In this document: in pieces, positions 17,904 to 26,607 of the stretch
Position numbering within the stretch: the stretch's first letter is position 1
How the letters are laid out: each line of letters begins with the position of its first letter
Source of the DNA: Patescibacteria group bacterium
Lineage (GTDB): Bacteria > Patescibacteriota > Patescibacteriia > 2-01-FULL-39-33
Length of the DNA: 32,000 nucleotides
Direction: 5' to 3'
NCBI GenBank assembly: GCA_041649575.1
Contig: JBAZMW010000002.1
Span: 120,001 to 152,000 of the forward strand
The notes under the pieces: model-generated
What the model saw: only the letters and a program-made list of their open reading frames with translations
Databases searched by the model: none
Told to the model about the DNA's origin: nothing
Program-made: the position numbers and the translations under genes

Positions 17904-18571
17904 AAATTCTCGTAACGTTTCATGGCTCGTCTGGCGCGCCAAACCTGGCCGTTTAGTTTCAGCCGCCAGCTAAAACCCTGCCACAAGCCCCATTTTTTCT
18001 CTTTGATTATTTGGTGCAAGTTTTTCAGGATTGGCGTGGCGACTTTCAGTTTATGCTTCCTGGCGTAGTAATTCATCACCGTTTCAATGCCAAAGTCTAA
18101 AAGATTTTCGTCTTTGGGCAGTGAGTCAAAAAATTTTCTGGTCATAGCCCTTTCACCGCCGATAGCATACATGGGAAAAATTTTTGGTATCAGCGCTCCC
18201 AGGCCAAAAACGCGGTCTCTTAGGCCCACCGACATGGTTGCTTGGCCGTTTAAAACCGGCCGCAAAACTTGTTTGATGTGGCTGGTTGTCAGGTTTTCCA
18301 AATCGGCGTCGGCAAACATGATAATGTTGCCGCTGGTCGCTTTGACTCCGGCCGTCATCGCGCTGCCTTTGCCCTGGCTAGTGGGTCTTTTTAAGACTTT
18401 GACTTTGAATTTTTCCGCTACCTTGGCGGTTTTATCGGTGCAGGCATCGGCTATTACCAAGATCTCGTCCAGTTCTTCCACTTTAGTGACTACCTTTAGG
18501 ACGCTGGCAATATTGTCCGCTTCGTTGTGAGCGGGAATGATCAGAGAAATTTTTTGTTTTTTATTTTTCAT
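17900..18571 (-). CDS. Family 2-type glycosyltransferase
   Basis: ISLIIPAHNEADNIASVLKVV, ILVIADACTDKTAK, GKGSAMTAGVKATSGNIIMFADADL. Confidence 0.92.
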   Translation of the reverse strand: MKNKKQKISLIIPAHNEADNIASVLKVVTKVEELDEILVIADACTDKTAKVAEKFKVKVLKRPTSQGKGSAMTAGVKATSGNIIMFADADLENLTTSHIKQVLRPVLNGQATMSVGLRDRVFGLGALIPKIFPMYAIGGERAMTRKFFDSLPKDENLLDFGIETVMNYYARKHKLKVATPILKNLHQIIKEKKWGLWQGFSWRLKLNGQVWRARRAMKRYENL

Positions 18572-18643
18572 TCTTTAAATTATACCATAGAAAAAATAAA
18601 TAAAAAAATCCTCATTGGGTTTCAATCAGGCTTTCTTAATTTT

Positions 18644-19714
18644 TTAAGTGGCCGCGGCCAAGGCCAGCTCTTCGTCTAGTTTTTTTAACTGATTAATCAC
18701 AGACTGCAGATTGCCGTCCATGATAGAAGCGATATTATTGAAGTTTTCGTTCAAGCGGTGATCGGTAAGGCGGTCTTGGGGAAAGTTGTAGGTGCGGATT
18801 TTTTCACTGCGGTCGCCCGAGCCGATTTGCGCTTTTCTGGTTTGGCTTAACTTTTTTTCCTCCTCTTCTTTTTTTAACAATAAAAGCCGCGAACGCAATA
18901 CTATCATCGCTTTTTCTTTGTTTTGCAGTTGCGAGCGTTCGTCTTGGCAGGAGACAGCCAGGGCGGTCGGCAGGTGAGTGATGCGCACAGCCGAATACGT
19001 GGTATTGACGCTCTGGCCTCCGTGGCCGCCGGCGCAGAAGGTATCTATTCTCAAGTCTTTAGGGTCAATTACCAAATCCACTTCCTCGGCTTCGGGCAAA
19101 ACGGCCACGGTCACGGTGGAAGTATGGACGCGGCCCTTTTTTTCTGTTTCCGGCACCCGTTGCACCCGATGAACCCCGCTCTCGTATTTCAAGACGCCAT
19201 AAACATTCTGACCGGTAATTTCGAAAATTATTTCCTTAAAACCGCCGATGCCGATACGGTTGGCGGAAATTATTTTGCTTTTCCAGCCGTTTTTTTCTCC
19301 ATAGCGGCTGTACAAACGGAAGAGCTCGGCCGCGAACAGGGCCGATTCATCGCCGCCGGCGCCGGCTCTGATTTCCACGATGACATTTTTTTTGTCATTG
19401 GGGTCTCTGGGCACAAGTAATGTTTTTATTTCTTGTTCCAACTCGACTTTTCTTTTTTCCAATTCCGTTCTTTCTTCGGCCGACATCTTTTTTAATTCTT
19501 CGTCGCCTTCGTTTTCCTGACCGATTTTTTCCATTTCTCTGATATCGATCTCGGTCTTTTCTAATTCTTTTTTGGCGGCGATTATTTCTTTTAGGTCGTC
19601 ATACTCCTGCGATATTTCTTTGATTTTTTTGGGATCGGAAATAGTCGCCTCGTCTTGCAACAGGCGTTCCAATTCCTCAAATCTTTCCTGGAGTTGTATC
19701 AGTTTCGATAACAT
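18644..19714 (-). CDS. prfA: Peptide chain release factor 1
   Basis: [68 protein letters not shown]; start placed at MLSKLIQ. Confidence 0.95.
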   Translation of the reverse strand: MLSKLIQLQERFEELERLLQDEATISDPKKIKEISQEYDDLKEIIAAKKELEKTEIDIREMEKIGQENEGDEELKKMSAEERTELEKRKVELEQEIKTLLVPRDPNDKKNVIVEIRAGAGGDESALFAAELFRLYSRYGEKNGWKSKIISANRIGIGGFKEIIFEITGQNVYGVLKYESGVHRVQRVPETEKKGRVHTSTVTVAVLPEAEEVDLVIDPKDLRIDTFCAGGHGGQSVNTTYSAVRITHLPTALAVSCQDERSQLQNKEKAMIVLRSRLLLLKKEEEEKKLSQTRKAQIGSGDRSEKIRTYNFPQDRLTDHRLNENFNNIASIMDGNLQSVINQLKKLDEELALAAAT

Positions 19715-19783
19715 ATTTGTATTATAGCTTAAACAAAAAGAACTCCGCAAACAAGCCGCGAGCTCTTTTTATTATCAACGATG

Positions 19784-20086
19784 TTATTTGCCTTCTTTTT
19801 TGACTTTGGCCTTTTTGACTTCCTTGGCTTTCTTTTGTTTTTCCTTTTTGATTTTTTTGCCCTGCCTGGACAGCGCCAGACTGGCCTTGGCCTCTACCCG
19901 TTTCTGAAATTTATCCACTCTTTTGGCGGTATCAATAAGTTTTTGCTTGCCGGTGTAAAAAGGATGGCAGGCCGAACAGATTTCAACGTGGATTTCCTCC
20001 AGGGTCGAACCAACGGCAAAAGTATTGCCGCAGGCGCAAATCACCTTGGCTTCTTTGAAGTACTGTGGATGAATGTCTTTTTTCAT
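19784..20086 (-). CDS. rpmE: 50S ribosomal protein L31 with Lys-rich C-terminal extension
   Basis: [60 protein letters not shown]. Confidence 0.95.
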   Translation of the reverse strand: MKKDIHPQYFKEAKVICACGNTFAVGSTLEEIHVEICSACHPFYTGKQKLIDTAKRVDKFQKRVEAKASLALSRQGKKIKKEKQKKAKEVKKAKVKKEGK

Positions 20087-20117
20087 AAAGAAAGGTAGTT
20101 AAAATTTGATATTAAAT

Positions 20118-20146
20118 AGTTTACAGGTTTTTAAGATAAATGTCAA
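20118..20146 (-). promoter_or_regulatory. Promoter of rpmE
   Basis: Minus strand TTGACA (20146-20141), 17-nt spacer, TAAACT (20123-20118). Confidence 0.7.
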
Positions 20147-20204
20147 TTATTTTATTTGTCCCGTTGAATTTTGCCAGGTGAATTGATTAACTGGGGTAAA
20201 AAAA

Positions 20205-20240
20205 AAGAAGCCCCGCGATTCTCGTCAGAGAATCGCGGGG
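20205..20240 (-). terminator. Terminator of the beta-helix lipoprotein gene
   Basis: Perfect 13-bp stem CCCCGCGATTCTC/GAGAATCGCGGGG with 4-nt loop, followed on the minus strand by CTTCTTTTTTTT. Confidence 0.9.
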
Positions 20241-20266
20241 TTCCAAGGTACTTGTTGCTTGGCAAC

Positions 20267-21916
20267 TCAGCCGGGCATGTTTAGCCAATCGATGCCGATG
20301 TCCCGGCCATCGCCAGCCGTGCCGATACAAGGTGAGCCGGCATCAAGATGCCAGTCCTCGGTGAGCAACGGGTCGGCGAAGACGAGGTTGATCACGTCGA
20401 CCGTCCAAGGGTTTCTCTCGCACGTTGCCAACGTGTCGTAGTTCCAGACGCAGTTGGGCCCAACTGTGTAGTAGCCGTTGCTGCAATGAAACGTTGTTTC
20501 GCAGCCAGTGACTACCGAGTCGAAAACCGCGACACTATCTTCATTGTACGCGGCTATGCCTCGCGTCGACCCGACGTGGGGCACCAAGAAGAAGCGTGGA
20601 CCGACTACGACACAGTGATGGACCGATAAGCCGCTCGCGTAGTTGACCTCTAGTGGCGAGTTACTCTCGCTGGCGACTACCACGTTTCTCATAGTTAGTG
20701 CTACGCCACCTTCGCAGGCAACCGCCGCGTCGCTGTAGTACAGGTTGCGTTTGCCAGGGCCATTGTGGATGCTGATGTTGTACAACCACATCGTCCAGTC
20801 GCCTTTGGCCACCGAAACCGATTTGCCCAGATTGGCCGTGGCTTCGGCCTGGCTCGTGGGGTATGACCAGGGCGCGGTGTAGATCACATGTGGCCGGTTT
20901 GGGTTGTTATCCACGATCCGGCTCTTATCGGGCCCCAATCCAGAAATGCTGATCGTTTTGGGGTTGGGATAATAGGGGATTGTGAATCCCTCATAGTCGC
21001 CCTCGCCCAAGGTGATGTCCACCGGCGTCTCGCACGCGTCGATCGCATCCTGAATTGTCAGGTACTGCTGGCCGTTCGCGGTGACCGGCGGCTTCTCGTA
21101 TCCGAACGTGATGTCCAGGTCGAGTTCGCCGTAGATGTCCACTGGCGTGTAGTCGTAGCACAGGCCACCACTGAAACGGAACGAGCCGGCGAAGTCCAGC
21201 TCGGCCACGACCAGGGGCAAAGCCGACTGATAGATGTCGCCGTTATCGTCGGTCGCCACCAGCGTCCCGCCCTGGAAGTCGAGCGGTAAACTGAAGCCAA
21301 AATCCACTCCGTTTGCTCCTAGCGCCCAGCACCCAGGCCATTCAGTCCCTTCAGCCGTAACCAGTTTAGCACCACCACGGCCGAAGCTATAATCGCCAGG
21401 TAAACCGTTGACGCCGAATCGGAAGTAGTATGTGGGCAGGAAGTCCATTTCCACTTCCAGGTTTGTGGTCTGTCCGGCGGCGATACTCGCGGCTGTCTCC
21501 CCCCAGAAGAGTGGTGCCTTATCCGCGTCCATGATGTACACGGATGCTTCATAGTCACCCGGCCAGATGTCTTTGGCCGTTCCGTCGAACACGCCGTCGA
21601 TGATCGGGAATTCGAGAAAACGGCTGTGGTCGACTGAACCCCCAGCCTTACCCATACCGGTTCCCGCTTCCCAGAGATGGACCTGAATCCAGCGAGCTCT
21701 CGACTTGAAGGCGTCACCGATCGCAATCAACTCTGGATAGGTGAGCGATTTCTCGCCCGATGCCGCGTACAGGTTACCGTGGATCCGGATGCTACCGGTC
21801 TGTGGCTGATTCGGGTCCGGCGGTTTCGGCGTGTCTTGCGCCGGACAGCCCGCGAACAGAAATGCCGCCAACACCGTCAGCACGGCCAACGTCATACCAT
21901 TCATCATCTTACTCAT
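20267..21916 (-). CDS. Secreted lipoprotein with probable right-handed parallel beta-helix domain (549 aa)
   Basis: Start ATG 21916 with SD GAGGAGG; signal peptide and lipobox LFAGC; QYLTIQDAIDACETPVDITLGEGDYEG..ISGLG and ADPLLTEDWHLDAGSPCIGTAGDGRDIG motifs typical of beta-helix proteins. Confidence 0.85.
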   Translation of the reverse strand: MSKMMNGMTLAVLTVLAAFLFAGCPAQDTPKPPDPNQPQTGSIRIHGNLYAASGEKSLTYPELIAIGDAFKSRARWIQVHLWEAGTGMGKAGGSVDHSRFLEFPIIDGVFDGTAKDIWPGDYEASVYIMDADKAPLFWGETAASIAAGQTTNLEVEMDFLPTYYFRFGVNGLPGDYSFGRGGAKLVTAEGTEWPGCWALGANGVDFGFSLPLDFQGGTLVATDDNGDIYQSALPLVVAELDFAGSFRFSGGLCYDYTPVDIYGELDLDITFGYEKPPVTANGQQYLTIQDAIDACETPVDITLGEGDYEGFTIPYYPNPKTISISGLGPDKSRIVDNNPNRPHVIYTAPWSYPTSQAEATANLGKSVSVAKGDWTMWLYNISIHNGPGKRNLYYSDAAVACEGGVALTMRNVVVASESNSPLEVNYASGLSVHHCVVVGPRFFLVPHVGSTRGIAAYNEDSVAVFDSVVTGCETTFHCSNGYYTVGPNCVWNYDTLATCERNPWTVDVINLVFADPLLTEDWHLDAGSPCIGTAGDGRDIGIDWLNMPG

Positions 21917-22020
21917 CTCGTGTTCCTCCTCGGTTTTGCTCTTTACCAGACATAGTAAATAGCGAATCACGCCCTGTGCGTGTTCGCTGTTGTTGCCAAA
22001 TTCTCAAGGTGCAACTAATT

Positions 22021-22049
22021 ATAATATCATATTTATTTATTTTTGTCAA
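22021..22049 (-). promoter_or_regulatory. Promoter of the lipoprotein gene
   Basis: Minus strand TTGACA (22049-22044), 17-nt spacer, TATTAT (22026-22021); leaves about 100 nt of 5'UTR. Confidence 0.75.
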
Positions 22050-22127
22050 TAGATGTTAAAAAATAATCATTTTTTTGTTTTATTTTAGCTATTTTATTTA
22101 TTTTTATTATATTAATTACTTAAAATG

Positions 22128-22156
22128 TTGACAGATATTTTTTAATTTGTTAGAAT
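22128..22156 (+). promoter_or_regulatory. Promoter of rpsB
   Basis: TTGACA (22128-22133), 17-nt spacer, TAGAAT (22151-22156). Confidence 0.75.
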
Positions 22157-22254
22157 TTCTTTATCTTAATTTAAGTATTAATCACCCATACTTCTTAATA
22201 TTTCCTTGTCCCGCCTGGCGGGATGAAAGAAGTAGCGGTCAGAAAGGAAAAACT

Positions 22255-22956
22255 ATGAATTTACCAAGTGTCTTGGATTTGCTCAAAGCCGGTGTCCATT
22301 TTGGCCACCAAAAGAGCCGCTGGCATCCGAAAATGAAAGACCAGATTTTTACCGAACGCGGCGGAGTGCATATTATCGACCTGGATAAAACTCTGGAAAA
22401 ATTGGAGATCGCCACTGATTTTGCGCGCGAGGTCGCTCAAAACGGTGGTGTTGTTTTGTTTGTCGGCACCAAAAAGCAGGGCCAAGAAATTATCAAAAAA
22501 GACGCCATCAGTTGTGGCATGCCTTTTATTAATGAGAAATGGATTGGCGGCATGTTCACCAATTTTCCCAACGTTGGAAAGCTGATTAGAAAGTACAGGG
22601 ATCTGAAAGAAAAAAAAGAGGCCGGAGCCTTACTCAAATACACCAAGAAAGAGCAGGTGGAATTCGATAAGGAAATTGACAAACTACAGCGGTTTGTCGG
22701 CGGCTTGGTGGAATTGAAGAAAATCCCCGAAGCGATTTTTGTCTTGGACGTCAAAAAAGAAAAAACCGCCGTTAGCGAAGCCAGAAAAAAAGGAGTGAAG
22801 ATTATCGGTTTCTGCGATACCAATATCAATCCCGACCTTTTGGATTATCCTATTTTTGCCAACGACGATGCGGTCAAGTCTATCGAGCTGATTACCGGTC
22901 TTATGGCCGAAGCCATCAAAGAGGGCAAGAGCAAAACAGAAGTCGCTAAAGCCTAA
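22255..22956 (+). CDS. rpsB: 30S ribosomal protein S2
   Basis: LLKAGVHFGHQKSRWHPKMKDQIFTERGGVHIIDLDKT, WIGGMFTNF, GFCDTNINPDLLDYPIFANDDA; start at MNLPSV. Confidence 0.97.
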   Translation: MNLPSVLDLLKAGVHFGHQKSRWHPKMKDQIFTERGGVHIIDLDKTLEKLEIATDFAREVAQNGGVVLFVGTKKQGQEIIKKDAISCGMPFINEKWIGGMFTNFPNVGKLIRKYRDLKEKKEAGALLKYTKKEQVEFDKEIDKLQRFVGGLVELKKIPEAIFVLDVKKEKTAVSEARKKGVKIIGFCDTNINPDLLDYPIFANDDAVKSIELITGLMAEAIKEGKSKTEVAKA

Positions 22957-22959
22957 AAT

Positions 22960-23086
22960 ATTCCCCTCTTTTCCAAGGAGGGGGCAGGGGGAGGTTTTGA
23001 AAGCTGGCTGATAAAATAGAGATCTTCATAACCCCTCTTTGGTCTCCCCTTAGAAAGGGGAGAAAGTAGGGGATTAACCTATCCCC
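22960..23086. repeat. Intergenic inverted-repeat cluster between rpsB and tsf
   Basis: CCCCTC..GAGGGG, perfect TCTCCCCTT-AGA-AAGGGGAGA (23043-23063), and GGGGAT-N6-ATCCCC (23069-23086) in one intergenic spacer. Confidence 0.55.
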
Positions 23087-23130
23087 GGAAAGGGAAAAAA
23101 GAATAAACTTTTTAAAATTAATTTTTAATT

Positions 23131-23910
23131 ATGTCTATTGATCTATCAACCATCTCTCAACTTCGCGAAAAAACCGGCGCTGGCATCGGCGACTGCAAAC
23201 GCGCCCTGGAAGAAGCTGGCGGAGAGATCGACAAAGCCATTGAAATTTTAAGAAAAAAGGGGGAGATCAAAGCCGCCAAGAAATCCGATCGAGCGACCAA
23301 TGAAGGATTGGTGGCTATAATAAGAAGCGGAGCCAGAATCGCTGTCGCTTCTTTGGCTTGCGAAACCGATTTTGTGGCCAGAAACGATGATTTTATTCAA
23401 GCGGCCAACCAATTGGCCGCCAAGCTACTGGACACACCCAAGGCAGAGTTTGTTTCTTGGGCCGAGCAAGTTATCAAAAACGAATTAATTGTCAAAATCG
23501 GCGAGAACATCAAACTGGGCGATTATGGCGTTTTTAGTGGTGCCGTTTTGGGCAGTTATTTGCATTCCAACAAAAAAGTGGCGGCGGTAGTTGTTTTGGA
23601 CGGCGGTAGCGATGAGTTGGCCAGTGAGTTGGCGATGCAGGTGGCGGCGCTCTCGCCCAAATACCTCCAGCCGGCCGATATTCCCGCCCCTGAACTGGAA
23701 AAGGAAAAAGAAATTTATCGTGAGAATCTAAAAAACGAAGGCAAGCCGGAAAACATGTTTGACAAGATTATCGAAGGCAAGCTGGCCAAGTATTACGAAG
23801 AGGTTTGTCTGCAGAGCCAAGTTTTTATCAAAGACGATAGTCAAAAAATCAGCGATTTACTGGTCGCGGCCGGTGCCAGCGTCAAAGAGTTTAAAAGATT
23901 TCAGGTTTAA
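23131..23910 (+). CDS. tsf: Translation elongation factor Ts
   Basis: ISQLREKTGAGIGDCKRALEEAGGEIDKAIEILRKKG, ASLACETDFVARNDDF, LYEEVCLQSQ-like tail. Confidence 0.96.
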   Translation: MSIDLSTISQLREKTGAGIGDCKRALEEAGGEIDKAIEILRKKGEIKAAKKSDRATNEGLVAIIRSGARIAVASLACETDFVARNDDFIQAANQLAAKLLDTPKAEFVSWAEQVIKNELIVKIGENIKLGDYGVFSGAVLGSYLHSNKKVAAVVVLDGGSDELASELAMQVAALSPKYLQPADIPAPELEKEKEIYRENLKNEGKPENMFDKIIEGKLAKYYEEVCLQSQVFIKDDSQKISDLLVAAGASVKEFKRFQV

Positions 23911-23918
23911 ATTTTAAA

Positions 23919-24731
23919 ATGAAAGCTGTCTTTATACAATTTACCCCCTGGGATCGATATTATGCTTTCGACCCCAATAATCTGCCGGTCAAAGTAGCCG
24001 ACTCGGTGGTGGTGACTACTGAATTTGGCACCGAAATTGGCAAGGTGATCGAGTTTAACGAGCTGACGGATGCCGAAATTAAGGAGCTGGGCGGCCTTAA
24101 GCCGCTGGACAGAATCGCCACCAGCGAAGATTTGGAAATTTTTAAAACCAACAATGAGGCCAAGCGCAAAGAAGAGGCAAATAGTTATTGTCATAAAGTT
24201 ATCAAACGTCATGATTTGGAAATGAAGTTGGTAGACTGTTTTTTCTCTTTTGACGACAGTCGCCTGACTTTTGCTTTTATTGCCGATGGCCGCGTTGATT
24301 TCAGAAACGTCGTCAAGGAGCTGACCAAGCATTTTCAGAAAGCCATCAGACTGCATCAGCTCGGAGTGCGCGATGAAGCCAAGGTCAGGGGCGATATTGG
24401 TCCTTGCGGCCAAAAATTATGTTGCGCCAACTACCTCAAAAAATTGGGCAATGTCACTTCGGAATTGGCCGAAACCCAGCAGGTGGCTCATCGCGGTTCG
24501 GAGCGTTTGTCCGGCGTCTGCAGCCGCCTCAAGTGCTGCCTGGCCTATGAAGCCGATGTTTACGGCGAACTCTCCAAGAATTTTCCGGCTTTAAGCAGCC
24601 GGGTGAAAACCAATCACGGCAAAGGTGAAGTGGTCGGCTGGCATGTTTTGAAAGGCACGGTGGATGTCAAAATCGATCCAGAAAAAGAAGGCGACAAGCC
24701 GATGGTGGTAGAAGTGCCGATAAAGAAATAA
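23919..24731 (+). CDS. ricT: PSP1 C-terminal domain protein (RicT-like)
   Basis: LHQLGVRDEAKVRGDIGPCGQKLCCANYL, GVCSRLKCCLAYE. Confidence 0.88.
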   Translation: MKAVFIQFTPWDRYYAFDPNNLPVKVADSVVVTTEFGTEIGKVIEFNELTDAEIKELGGLKPLDRIATSEDLEIFKTNNEAKRKEEANSYCHKVIKRHDLEMKLVDCFFSFDDSRLTFAFIADGRVDFRNVVKELTKHFQKAIRLHQLGVRDEAKVRGDIGPCGQKLCCANYLKKLGNVTSELAETQQVAHRGSERLSGVCSRLKCCLAYEADVYGELSKNFPALSSRVKTNHGKGEVVGWHVLKGTVDVKIDPEKEGDKPMVVEVPIKK

Positions 24732-24785
24732 CTGGCGGCATGTAGCTTGTGACAAATAGCCATAGTCCACAATAAAAATTTGTAA

Positions 24786-24813
24786 GTTAGCCCCACTGTT
24801 CGGGGCTTTTTTT
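24786..24813 (+). terminator. Terminator of the ricT-like gene
   Basis: AGCCCC-N7-GGGGCT followed by TTTTTT. Confidence 0.85.
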
Positions 24814-24815
24814 AT

Positions 24816-24844
24816 TTGACAAAACAGACAATACCGCGTATTTT
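24816..24844 (+). promoter_or_regulatory. Promoter of the orphan 160-aa gene
   Basis: TTGACA (24816-24821), 17-nt spacer, TATTTT (24839-24844). Confidence 0.75.
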
Positions 24845-24910
24845 ATTATTAGTCGTTTTGTGTTTTGTCAACCCTAATGTTTACAATGTTCTGAAAAGGA
24901 GGGACTTATC

Positions 24911-25393
24911 ATGGCTAATCTGGTTGCCGCTGTCGAATTCTGGATGAAGCTGGATAGAGCGCTAAGTCAGAATGGCGGAATGGTAGCTCTCTTTCTGGAG
25001 AGAATCCGCGCCGTCATGGAAGCAACTCGACAACTGGAGATTGTCCGGAGAGTCAAGCCGCCTGACGCTGTATTGAGATACCATCGAGGCGCCAGTGACG
25101 CGCTGGATGGTTACAAGTCATTTTCTCATTCGACCGATGATGAGGCAATAATGTACACCTGGGTGCACTTCGTGGATGAGGCGGTTGCCGAGGCCTATGC
25201 CGCCAGTGGCTGGGCCGTGGCTATTCTCACGGCCGAGGAACAGCTTGACTCGGCCCGAGACGATTTCTGCCACCTAATGGTCGAGAATAATTTCCGGGGC
25301 GATGGGCTGGTTCTAAGTCTTCTCGACTCGCTTCGGCTTGCTTTCGCCACGGCCGGTCGCGATATCGACGACCTTGTTCCCTGGATGCGCTAG
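24911..25393 (+). CDS. Orphan 160-aa probably helical protein, no recognised family
   Basis: SD AAAAGGAGGG 8 nt upstream of ATG, consensus promoter upstream, strong terminator downstream. Confidence 0.85.
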   Translation: MANLVAAVEFWMKLDRALSQNGGMVALFLERIRAVMEATRQLEIVRRVKPPDAVLRYHRGASDALDGYKSFSHSTDDEAIMYTWVHFVDEAVAEAYAASGWAVAILTAEEQLDSARDDFCHLMVENNFRGDGLVLSLLDSLRLAFATAGRDIDDLVPWMR

Positions 25394-25436
25394 AGCTTCG
25401 TCGCACCTTGCGTTCGTCAGTCGTTGTACCTCTCTT

Positions 25437-25467
25437 AGCTACTTGGCGGGTCGCCGGTAGCTTTTTT
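25437..25467 (+). terminator. Terminator of the orphan 160-aa gene
   Basis: AGCTAC..GGCG-GGT-CGCC.GTAGCT followed by TTTTTT. Confidence 0.85.
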
Positions 25468-25518
25468 GTTTGCGATAATTTTGCTATAATTATATTAATA
25501 AACAATAATTTTATTTTT

Positions 25519-26517
25519 ATGAAAAAAATTGCCATCAACGGTTTTGGCCGGATAGGCCGGGCGGCTTTTAGAATCGCTTTAACCAAAAAGAATTGCCAAG
25601 TAGTCGCTATCAACGATTTAACGGATTCGCGCACTTTGGCCTATTTGTTAAAATATGATTCAGTTTATGGTCATTTTGGAAACAAAGTCAGCCATGATAA
25701 AAACAACCTGATTATCAATGGCCAGAAGTATCCCGTTTTTGCTCAAAAAGATCCGGCCAAACTGCCTTGGAAGAAATTAGGGGTGGAGGTGGTTTTGGAG
25801 TGCACCGGAGTTTTTACCGACAAGAGCGGCGTCAGCCTGCACCTGAAAGCCGGGGCTAAAAAAGTGGTTTTGTCCGCTCCCGCCAAAGATGAAATGCAAA
25901 CCTTGGTTCTAGGCACCGAGCTGACCAGAAAGACTCTGGGCAAAAACGAAAAAATAATCTCCAACGCCTCTTGCACCACAAATTGCGTGGCGCCGGTGAT
26001 TCAGGTCTTGGAAAACGTTTTTGGCATTACTAAGGCCCTGCTCAACACTTCCCACGCTTACACCGCGAGTCAGGGTTTGGTGGATGGGCCGAGCAGAAAG
26101 GACTTGCGCGAAGGCCGGGCGGCCGCGATTAATCAGGTGCCGGCAGCCACCGGCGCGGCCCAGGCTGCGGCCAAAGTTGTTCCGGCTCTCTCTGGTGTCT
26201 TCGATGGCATTGCCATTCGTGTGCCCGTGGCCTGCGGTTCTCTTTCCGACATTACTTGCGTGCTGAAAAAAAACGTGACTGTCGAACAGGTGAACCGGGC
26301 TTTCCGCGAGGCCGCCAGTAAGCCGCTTTTCAAAAATATTTTAGCCGTATCAGAAGAACCACTGGTCTCTTCCGACATCGTAGGCACCAACTATTCAGCC
26401 ATTGTCGATTTGTCTCTGACCAGAGTGGTTGGCGGCAATTTGGTTAAGGTTCTGGCTTGGTATGATAATGAATGGGGCTATTCTAATCGCCTGGTAGAGA
26501 TGGCTCTGGCGGTCTAA
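25519..26517 (+). CDS. gap: Glyceraldehyde-3-phosphate dehydrogenase
   Basis: MKKIAINGFGRIGRAAFRIAL, ISNASCTTNCVAPV, WYDNEWGYSNRLVEMA; start moved to ATG 25519. Confidence 0.97.
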   Translation: MKKIAINGFGRIGRAAFRIALTKKNCQVVAINDLTDSRTLAYLLKYDSVYGHFGNKVSHDKNNLIINGQKYPVFAQKDPAKLPWKKLGVEVVLECTGVFTDKSGVSLHLKAGAKKVVLSAPAKDEMQTLVLGTELTRKTLGKNEKIISNASCTTNCVAPVIQVLENVFGITKALLNTSHAYTASQGLVDGPSRKDLREGRAAAINQVPAATGAAQAAAKVVPALSGVFDGIAIRVPVACGSLSDITCVLKKNVTVEQVNRAFREAASKPLFKNILAVSEEPLVSSDIVGTNYSAIVDLSLTRVVGGNLVKVLAWYDNEWGYSNRLVEMALAV

Positions 26518-26607
26518 AAACCAGCCTCTTGCCAAAAAAATAAATATTTGCTAAATTATTAATCGTCTACACCCTCGTTTTTAATAATCTCAAAAAAATT
26601 TCAATAA

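Noticed and set aside
18792-19420. Plus-strand ORFs inside prfA (18792-18977, 18923-19420, 18978-19172)
   Set aside because: Antisense shadows of the conserved RF1 gene.
19781-20098. Plus-strand 105-aa ORF over rpmE
   Set aside because: Antisense to a clear L31 gene; Phe/Leu-rich translation mirrors the Lys-rich tail.
20348-21955. Multiple ORFs overlapping the lipoprotein gene (20348-20629, 20888-21289, 21319-21726, 21677-21955 and others)
   Set aside because: They occur because the region is GC-rich; only the 20267-21916 minus frame has SD, lipobox and domain motifs.
25227-25634. Minus-strand 135-aa ORF across the orphan gene and the gap start
   Set aside because: Arg/Pro-rich, crosses a plus-strand terminator and the gap start codon; no RBS seen.
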